A stretch of 64,000 bases of DNA. It comes from Octopus sinensis. Taxonomy: Eukaryota. The first letter of the stretch is position 1. Each line of letters begins with the position of its first letter. The notes below the pieces were generated by a model. It was given only the letters and a program-made list of their open reading frames with translations, ran no database searches and was not told where the DNA came from. The position numbers were made by a program, and so were the translations under genes. Below are positions 30,002-39,094 of the stretch, piece after piece. The stretch spans positions 19,654,001 through 19,718,000 of the forward strand of contig NC_043005.1 in NCBI RefSeq assembly GCF_006345805.1, in the 5' to 3' direction.

Positions 30002-30440
30002 TTGGGTCATCCCATAAATAATGCAGTTTTTTTACACCTCTTTTATTTTTCGAAATTAAGATAAGGTTCTTTTTTAATCTAAATTATATACTCTCCTTCA
30101 TTTTCTACAATGTTCTTCCATCTATCTGGAAGACAAAATGCACTTGTCCGTGACGAAAAATAGTCCTCCACTACTATTCTGACCTAGTCTACAGAATTCA
30201 CATTTTTTCGTCCAAATGATGTTGAAGAAAACGGAATAAATGATAACAAGATAGGGCAACGTCAGGCGAATATGGTGGGTGGGGCATCATTTTTCCATTG
30301 AAACTGCTTCAGCCTTTGGAATGTCGTCCTTGCTGTATATGACCGAGCATTATTCTGATAGAAGAACATTTTTCATCTTGAAAACAAAGATGGTCGTTTT
30401 GCTTTTAGTGCTGACTTAAGCCGCTCAATCTGCTCGCAGA
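30002..30440 (-). mobile_element. Mariner 3' fragment, same family as 58754
   Basis: TA plus TIR ttgggtcatcccataaataatgc; minus-strand FYQNNAR, PHPPYSPDVA motifs. Confidence 0.85.
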
Positions 30441-31192
30441 TTTCCTTTATTATCGTTTGGTTTGAGTTTAAAAGTTTAAAGTGGAATAAACCTTTCATAT
30501 AGTGATGGTGATGGTGGTTGTGGCAGTGGTGGTGGTGGTGGTGGTGGTGGTCCGTTTAAAACCTGGAGAACCACAATTTTAGTTCACTATACAAACAGTA
30601 TAGTGAAAATACTATTTATTCAGAGTGTAGTGCAATAAAAAAATTATTTGGACGGAAACTGCAAAACATAAATCCCATGTCTCCGATTTTCCCTCTTTTT
30701 TTTTCCTGTCATATCTCTGCGACTTACAAAAAAGGAAGACCTTCTAATGGATACATTCGATAGAATGGTGTTTTCTGCAACAACAATTTACGATAGTATA
30801 TTCTGGGAGGAATTGGTATATTTCTCGTAGATGTATCTTCGTTCCCTTTGGTAACCATTTTCTTGTTTTATTGAAGGGATTCAACCAGCAATAGCATAGT
30901 TATTTTAGTTGAAATCTGTCTAAAAATAATGAGAAAACACAATTTTAGGCAAACCACTCAATAATAACTAGATGAGTTCAGGTTTTTGTTTATTCAGAAG
31001 ATGACATGTACTTATATGGATGTCTGCATCAGTCTGTAAGTACATTCATGTAAGAACGTGTACTACATGCATGTAAATACATTTATATTATCTACATTCC
31101 ATTTAAACAAGTGGTTTTATACCTGCAGGACTTATTCCACTATAAGAATGAACAACCTGAATACACACAAATACATATATGTGTGTATGTGT

Positions 31193-31225
<33 letters not shown>

Positions 31226-31266
31226 TATGTATATAAAAGATATATATATATATAAAAGATATATAT

Positions 31267-31329
<63 letters not shown>

Positions 31330-31553
31330 TTAGGGAATAAATCGAACCTTACAGGGAAAAATTAGATTTAGGATTAAATCCAATTTTATAGTATAAATAT
31401 ATTATATTATATTATATTAAATTAGAGATAAAACCACTATTAGGCAAATCAAACAGTGAAAAACATAAGCCAATACATAAAATTAATTAAAAAATATAAA
31501 AGTTAAAAATAAAAAATTATTTAAATAATTTAAACTTATAAATTTTATAAATA

Positions 31554-31677
31554 GGCACAGGAGTGGCTATGTGGTAAGTAGCTTGTCTACCAACCACATG
31601 GTTCCGGGTTCAGTCCCACTGCGTGGCACCTTGGGCAAGTGTCTTCTACTATAGCCTCGGGCCGACCAAAGCCCGTC

Positions 31678-31718
<41 letters not shown>

Positions 31719-31941
31719 TTTGTGTGTGTGTTTCTGTGCCTGTGTTTGTCCCCTAGAATTGCTTGACAACCGATGCTAGTGTGTTTATGTCCCCGATACT
31801 TAGCGGTTCGGCAAAAGAGACCGATAGAATAAGTACTGGGCTTACAAAAGAATAAGTCCCGGGGTCGAATTGCTCGATTAAAGGCAGTGCTCCAGCATGG
31901 CCGCAGTCAAATAACTGAAACAAGTAAAAGAGTTAAAGAGT
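31554..31941 (+). mobile_element. Full bipartite SINE family A with internal (TA)n(TG)n tract
   Basis: tRNA-like head (tggctatgtgg, gggttcagtccc), CORE-like accttgggcaagt, microsatellite, then a second part ending gactgaaacaagtaaaagag. Confidence 0.85.
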
Positions 31942-32080
31942 AATATATACAAATATATATATATGTATGTATATTTTTATATTTATATATTATTTTATTT
32001 ATTAATTAATTAATTTTTTTTTTCTTAATTTTTTTTTATATATCAAAAGTATTAAAAGTTTAATAAAAGATAAAGAGTAA

Positions 32081-32178
32081 AACACTACGATCGTTTCATG
32101 ACTGTACCAATTCGAATAACAATAATTTAAATTCAATTAATAATTCGAGTTATGGTTACAGTCAATCTTCAGGTTAAT
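32081..32178 (-). ncRNA. Hammerhead-ribozyme-like motif with long stem II, partly decayed
   Basis: Minus strand: CTGAAGA-t-TGACTGTA...TACAGTCA-t-GAAAC-GATC-GTA; palindromic stem III ACGATCGT; stem I poor. Confidence 0.5.
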
Positions 32179-33251
32179 TGAAATATTTTTAAAATAATCA
32201 GAAATATTTAAACAATATTTTTAAGATATAAATAATATAATAATTTTACTTATAATAAACTCTATTATCAAACTAGAAACTAAAACTTAACAATTATGAT
32301 TATATCAAAATCGATTATAATGTTAAATATTAATTTTAATTTATAAGGTAGGAAACCCACCAATAACCTAATATCGGTAATAGTCTATATCTAATTACAT
32401 AAATATTTTTAAAAAATGACTATTATATATAAATTATCAATGAAAATATATAAATGTATATAAATATCATAATTAAGATCTAAAATAATCTCTATAAATA
32501 AATATATATGCACATATAATAAAAACCTAATAAATTAATTTTTCATATTTAAAGATGAAATGGCTAACTTCAAAAATACAAACAAACAAATTTAAACGAA
32601 CTTTCGGAAATCTTATGTAAAATACTTATAGAAATAATCAATTCGTAGTTATATAGTATCGAATAAATACTATAAATATAATTATCAATGGGAATAACTA
32701 GCGAATATCAATTTAAAAAGACAATAACTAAGTTATGCTATTAAGTTAGACATGGCCTGGACCAATCTTTAGTCGAAACATATCTAAGTTTATCAAAGTT
32801 TATCTAATTTTAATTATAAGAAATTTAAAACTACAATTAATACTATTAATACATGTGTATACAAAAGCCTAACTTTAGACGCCTCGTATACTTGCTATCA
32901 AACAACAAATCTATCGCTAAGTAGTATCTTACGAATAAACTTAAATTTAATATCTAATAATATAGAAAATTACGTTAATTAGATCATTACATAAACAACG
33001 ATATTTACATAAGGAAAATATTATTACACCAAAGACTTATAAAATATTAAAATTTACAATTTAAAGATCTTAAATATAAATAAATAGATATATATATATA
33101 TATGTATATATATATAAAATTTATAAAATTTATAAGTTTAAATTATTTAAATAATTTTTTATTTTTATATTTTTAAATTAATTTTATGTATTGGCTTATG
33201 TTTTTCACTGTTTGATTTGCCTAATAGTGGTTTTATCTCTAATTTAATATA

Positions 33252-33306
<55 letters not shown>

Positions 33307-33784
33307 CAGGAGGGTCAATGTGGTAAGTAGCCTACTTACCAACCACATAGTTCCGGGTTCATTCCCACTGCGTGGCACCTTGGGTAAGTGTCTTCTACTA
33401 TAGCCTCGGGCCGACCAAAGCCTTGTGAGTGGATTTGGTAGGCGGAAACTGAAGGAAGCCCGTTGTATATAGGTATATATATATATATATATAACGTAAA
33501 GTGTACTAGCCATCTGAATGTGGCTAGCCACTGGGGGTGGGGTGTTACTGATGCTTTTAGCCCCAGGAGATCAACGTCACCAGCTGGCCTTATTAATGCT
33601 TATATATATATATATATATATATATAATAATATATAGGTAAATATATATATATATATATTATATATATATAACGTAAAGTGTACTAGCCATCTGAATGTG
33701 GCTAGCCACTGGGGGATGGGGTGTTACTGATGCTTTTAGCCCCAGGAGATCAACGTCACCAGCTGGCCTTATTAATGCTTATAT

Positions 33785-33876
<92 letters not shown>

Positions 33877-33883
33877 TAAATAA

Positions 33884-33915
<32 letters not shown>

Positions 33916-34148
33916 TATATATATAGTTATATATATATGTTTGTGTATATGTTTGTCCCCACAGCATCGCTTGACAACCGATTCTGGCATGTTTACGTCC
34001 ATGTAACTTAACGGTTCAGTTAAGAGACCGATAGAATAAGTACTAGACTTACAAAGAATAAGTCCTGGGGTCGATTTGCTCGACTAAAGGCGGTGCTCCA
34101 GCATGGCCGCAGTCAAATAACTGAAACAAGTAAAAGAGTAAAAAGAGT

Positions 34149-34150
<2 letters not shown>
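33307..34150 (+). mobile_element. Bipartite SINE family A with expanded internal TA tract carrying a nested duplication
   Basis: Head 33307-33470, TA region 33470-33940, second half 33940-34150, all matching the 31554 copy. Confidence 0.85.
33493..33779. repeat. Two direct copies of a 108-bp unit separated by (TA)n
   Basis: aacgtaaagtgtactagcc...ccttattaatgct at 33493-33600 and 33671-33779, differing by about one base. Confidence 0.9.
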
Positions 34151-34189
<39 letters not shown>

Positions 34190-34518
34190 TGAATAAGGGT
34201 AGAAATGGATATTAATCAATTAAAACCAGTGGCCTTGCATATTAAAAACATCCGAAGATTCGGATATATATATATATATATATATATATGATTGAATAAA
34301 ATATAGTCCACAAAAAGGAGTAAGGTTAGACAGCTATTAAATAAACACTACACCTATTTCGATGCAACAAAGATCCACATATGCACATGATTTAAATTAA
34401 GCAACGGTTTACCTGTATAATGGGATACGGGTGTTTGGTAATTCTAAGAGTAAACTAGTTCTATTCTGCATTTTACTACGTTCCTAACAGAATACACCTT
34501 ATATATATATGTATATAT

Positions 34519-34576
<58 letters not shown>

Positions 34577-34608
34577 GTATGTGCTGTTTATATATATATA
34601 TATATATA

Positions 34609-35007
34609 TCTTTATATATAAAAGAGAGGTTGTGTGCTGTCTGTCTCCTACGATTTAGATTCCTAACTACTCCCACATTTTGCGGTGCAGTTTAACCAAA
34701 ACCGGGTATCTTATAGTCGTGATTCATATCGAGCCTATCTGGGTATTAGCGCGCGTCTACGATGAGTCTACGATTTTAAAAATAATTTACCAACAATTTT
34801 TCCCATTTTTAATGCATTTTTGGCATATATAAGAGAAGTAACTCTCTAAAAATTTATTATTAAATCTCAGAACGTAAAAAGCTACAGTAACACCCCCACC
34901 CTTTGTGGTTAGCCAAATTGAGATGACTATTATACTTTACATCTCTAAAAATGCTTATATAGTATTTTTCCCTTACAAACCCGAGCAACGCCGGGCAATA
35001 CTGCTAG
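34609..35007 (+). mobile_element. Non-autonomous Helitron, same family as 14898
   Basis: TC start within (TA)n, 3' cccgagcaacgccgggcaatactgCTAG followed by T. Confidence 0.8.
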
Positions 35008-35419
35008 TATATATATATGTTTGTGTGTGTGTGTGTGGTGTGTGTGTGTGTAATGGAACTAATAGTGAGGGATAAGCAATCCGGGTAAAATACTTCATAA
35101 TCTCTCTGTTGGCGCACCAGGCTAATAATATTGTTTGTATTAGAGAAAAAACTTGATGTATTCTTATGTCAGGGTCCGAGATTATGGTACATCGCAGTTC
35201 TATATTGTAAATCCGTGGTTGGGCTCCAGTTACACTGGTTCTTACACTGAGTGATATGTATGTAAGACAAGTTATAAAGAATGGTCATTACATATTTTAC
35301 GTTTGTTAGATAACACCTATTTGCAGTAGTCATTATAGTTAGGTTACTGAATTAATCTATCCCCTGACGTAATTATTTGATACGTCTCCTCTAGTATTTG
35401 GAATGACTCCTCTAGGCAT

Positions 35420-35790
35420 AAGAACATAGTCTATGAATGCACAGTAGTAACCCGGAACAAAACTTACTATTACATAGGAGGTTGCGCAACAGCATTTAAG
35501 TTCCGCTATTACAACCACATCTCGTCAATCAAGCACAAAAATAAGGAAAATGCGACATCACTTAGCAAATTAATATGGCAACTTAAGAATGAAGGGACAG
35601 AATATGAGTTAAAATGGTCGGTCTTCAGTCGCGCATAACTATACAAAATAGGAGGAAATAGATGTGAATATTGCCTAGAAGAGTCATTCCAAATACTTAC
35701 GTCAGAGAGTAACCTTATTAACCGTAGGTAGGAATCAGCGATATGCTGTAAGCATTCTTTTAGATAAATCCTTCACCAGGTTTTCCTTAA
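35420..35790 (+). mobile_element. Penelope-like GIY-YIG endonuclease remnant (Naiad-like)
   Basis: YYIGGCATAFKFRYYNHISS...ATSLSKLIWQLK...KWSVF...RCEYCLEE...LINRR...CCKH. Confidence 0.75.
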
Positions 35791-35990
35791 CACAATAATG
35801 AGAGACATATGTCGAGACGAGTATGATGCCTAAGGGATAAATGTGAATTACCTAATTTTTTCATATATATCTATGTATGTTTTTTTATTTCGTTTTATTT
35901 CGTTAAATTTCAAAATCTTAACTTTTTTGCACATATGTTATTTTATTTATCGTTTTTTTAAATACCTTTATTTCATTATTACCATTATTA

Positions 35991-36058
<68 letters not shown>

Positions 36059-36949
36059 TTACGTTTTATTGTTATTTTATTATCTTATTATTTTTTATTT
36101 TTCTTCTTATTTCTTCTTATTATTTTATTAATTTCATTATTGGTATTGTTGTTATTGTTATTGTTATCATCATCATCATCATCATCATCATTATTGTTGT
36201 TGTTTTTGTTTTCGTTGTTATTATTATTATTGTCTTAGTATCACCTATTATATCGTAAAATTATTTTCATAATTTTAATCGTTCGTTTGCTTTAATATTA
36301 AATTTATAAAATTTCTCTTCAGTTCAAATTTTAATCCGTTATGTATTTAATTATTAAAATTTTTAAAACTCCTTTAATGAGTTCGATTTAAAATTATATT
36401 CGGTCCCCAATGTTATTTGACTTTAAGCAACTCAACTTGACTTTATCCCATTTCAAACTCACATCTCTCTATCTATCAGTATTTTATATCCTAGCTAATC
36501 AGAGCTGTCTCAGCCTCTACATCGCAACATCATTACTACTGATATTTCACTCATTTTCTAATACAATTCCCCTACTTTGCTTGCTAACACCAATGACCAA
36601 ATATCAAAGACTTAGGTTGGCTATGCGTCTAAATGGCCCATATCAAATTCCAAAACACCATTTGGAGAAAATCTAACCTAAATATAATACAAATATGTCC
36701 ATGTGTGTTGACCTCGTTACAAACACTCATGTTTCATGACTATTCTGGCCGTATTATCTCCCTCCTTCTGTTAAGTGATCATTTCTTCTATTCTTTCTAC
36801 TCCTTCCTCTATCTTTTCCTTCCGTCTCTTCACCTTATTGCGACTTGTCTTCCTCTTTTTCTCTATTCTACTTGCCCCTTTCCCTCTTTTCCTCCCTCCT
36901 CCATGCACGTACCATTCCTTCAATGTTCTGCTTTGTTATAACTAAAAAT

Positions 36950-37051
36950 GGCTCTGACGAAAGTAGCAAATAATCTTTTCAGATTAATTGACCAAGTGTG
37001 CAAATCTGTCAGTAACGTACCTATAATGTTTACTGGAAACAGCTACAAGCC
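36950..37051 (+). ncRNA. Decayed hammerhead motif
   Basis: GGCT-CTGACGA-(75 nt)-GAAAC-AGCT-aca-AGCC: stem I and core present, but the GUH triplet is mutated. Confidence 0.35.
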
Positions 37052-37106
37052 CAAATTTACTCTAATAGAGGGAAAATATGTAATGACCATTATTCATACC
37101 TTGCTT

Positions 37107-37137
<31 letters not shown>

Positions 37138-37360
37138 TAATCAATATAGGGTGGCAAAAAAATTTTGTAGAATTTTTTTGCCACCAGCGGCCTAGTGGGA
37201 AAAAATTAAATAGTCATAGACCATTTTTAAGTTCAACATCACAATCAAGGAACGGCCATAATAGGCCATTCACCCACTAGAAATAACAGCCAAAAGCATC
37301 AACCGCAAAATAACATCAATTCCGTAAAGCAGGAGAAAATTAAAAAACATTTACCCTGTA

Positions 37361-37467
37361 ATTTCTTATACGATGCACCGTTTCATCTACTGTTTAATGG
37401 TAAACTAACCTGATTAAATTAAATCAAGCCAATCTACCATAGGCCCTTAGATTCATCAGTAAGAAAT
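37361..37467 (-). ncRNA. Type I hammerhead ribozyme, copy 1
   Basis: Minus strand: ATTTCTTA-CTGATGA-ATCTA..(58 nt)..TAGAT-GAAAC-GGTGCATC-GTA|TAAGAAAT; predicted cleavage between 37369 and 37368. Confidence 0.85.
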
Positions 37468-37850
37468 AGCCAAGTCGGAACAGATATTTTTCACGAGGCA
37501 TTCCCGTCCCTGCCTCGGCAATATCTGACCTAAAATTTTCAAATCATCGCACTCGCGCCAAATTTATCGGCAGCAAATAAATATAAGCCGCCGATTCCAT
37601 TACGGAATTAACCAGAAAATTCATAATTAATCAATATAGGGTGGCAAAAAAATTTTGTAGAATTTTTTTGCCACCAGCGGCCTAGTGGGAAAAAATTAAA
37701 TAGTCATAGACCATTTTTAAGTTCAACATCACAATCAAGGAACGGCCATAATAGGCCATTCACCCACTAGAAATAACAGCCAAAAGCATCAACCGCAAAA
37801 TAACATCAATTCCGTAAAGCAGGAGAAAATTAAAAAACATTTACCCTGTA

Positions 37851-37957
37851 ATTTCTTATACGATGCACCGTTTCATCTACTGTTTAATGGTAAACTAACC
37901 TGATTAAATTAAATAAAGCCAATCTACCATAGGCCCTTAGATTCATCAGTAAGAAAT
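37851..37957 (-). ncRNA. Type I hammerhead ribozyme, copy 2
   Basis: Same as copy 1 shifted by 490, with one substitution in distal stem II. Confidence 0.85.
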
Positions 37958-38340
37958 AGCCAAGTCGGAACAGATATTTTTCACGAGGCATTCCCGTCCC
38001 TGCCTCGGCAATATCTGACCTAACATTTTCAAATCATCGCACTCGCGCCAAATTTATCGGCAGCAAATAAATATAAGCCGCCGATTCCATTACGGAATTA
38101 ACCAGAAAATTCATAATTAATCAATATAGGGTGGCAAAAAAATTTTGTAGAATTTTTTTGCCACCAGCGGCCTAGTGGGAAAAAATTAAATAGTCATAGA
38201 CCATTTTTAAGTTCAACATCACAATCAAGGAACGGCCATAATAGGCCATTCACCCACTAGAAATAACAGCCAAAAGCATCAACCGCAAAATAACATCAAT
38301 TCCGTAAAGCAGGAGAAAATTAAAAAACATTTACCCTGTA

Positions 38341-38447
38341 ATTTCTTATACGATGCACCGTTTCATCTACTGTTTAATGGTAAACTAACCTGATTAAATT
38401 AAATCAAGCCAATCTACCATAGGCCCTTAGATTCATCAGTAAGAAAT
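38341..38447 (-). ncRNA. Type I hammerhead ribozyme, copy 3
   Basis: Same as copy 1 shifted by 980. Confidence 0.85.
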
Positions 38448-38452
38448 AGCCA

Positions 38453-38619
38453 AGTTTACCATTAAACAGTAGATGAAACGGTGCATCGTATAAGAAATTA
38501 CAGGGTAATGTTTTTTAATTTTCTCCTGGTTTACGGAATTGATGTTATTGTGCGGTTGATGCTTTTGGCTGTTATTTCTAGTGGGTGAATGGCCTATTAT
38601 GGCCGTTCCTTGATTGTGA
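38453..38619 (+). repeat. Inverted partial copy of the 490-bp unit
   Basis: agtttaccattaaacagtagatgaaacgg...ccttgattgtgatg is the reverse complement of about 38217-38388 with a few changes; 3-nt AGT junction microhomology. Confidence 0.9.
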
Positions 38620-38684
<65 letters not shown>

Positions 38685-38729
38685 CATATCTTTTCTATAA
38701 TAACTATTACTTAAACATTCTTTCGCGCC

Positions 38730-38776
38730 GTCTCTGATGAAGGATATATAAAATATCCCGGAAACGGCTGTAAGAC
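38730..38776 (+). ncRNA. Minimal type I hammerhead motif (PLE terminal-repeat type), near intact
   Basis: GTCT-CTGATGA-a-GGATAT-ataaa-ATATCC-cg-GAAAC-ggct-GTA|AGAC. Confidence 0.6.
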
Positions 38777-38814
38777 CTCTTATATACGACAGTCTTCTAT
38801 ATATATACGACAGG

Positions 38815-38943
38815 TTTCTGTCTACCAGGTCCACTCAGAACGCTTTGGTCAGCCCGAGGCTATATCAGGAGACAGTTGCCCAAGGTGTAGAACAGGGGGG
38901 CTGAACCCAGAAACATGTGGTGGGCTGAGAAGCAAGCTTCTTT
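38815..38943 (-). mobile_element. Degraded SINE family A
   Basis: Reverse complement contains gggttcagcccc, accttgggcaact and gcctcgggctgaccaaagc. Confidence 0.6.
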
Positions 38944-39094
38944 ATTTCATTAAATTAGCTATAAAGGCTTTACACAGATAGAAGCAGTTGCGGGCTGGAC
39001 AAAACACAAATGAGATGAATGATAAGTAAAATAAATGATATTGATGAGGGAAGGCAGACGATGCCCGCCGATCGCTGCTTCCCGAAAACATTGT

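Larger units (their letters stand above)
31330..33260 (+). mobile_element. Very AT-rich degraded Penelope-like element with inverted terminal duplication and a nested SINE
   Basis: About 31412-31551 is the reverse complement of about 33121-33260; weak GIY-YIG C-terminal remnants (ELSEIL..., YNYQWE) at 32600-32740; HHR-like motifs inside. Confidence 0.5.
37136..38455 (-). mobile_element. Retrozyme-like tandem array: about 2.7 copies of a 490-bp non-coding unit, each with a hammerhead ribozyme
   Basis: tcaatatagg at 37141, 37631 and 38121 gives a period of 490; I see only two substitutions between units 1 and 2; each unit has a full HHR and several hairpins. Confidence 0.85.

Noticed and set aside
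31554-31625. tRNA-like sequences here and at 22278, 33307 and similar sites
   Set aside because: They have A/B boxes but continue into SINE bodies and lack a proper cloverleaf; these are SINE heads, not tRNA genes.
32743-32790. HHR-like gac..gtc-GAAAC-at-atc motif
   Set aside because: The CUGANGA core is unrecognisable, so it is too decayed to call.
37136-38455. The 490-bp array as plain satellite DNA or a collapsed/expanded assembly artefact
   Set aside because: Units differ by private substitutions, the inverted end is independently diverged, and each unit holds an intact strand-specific ribozyme; long-read confirmation is still advisable.
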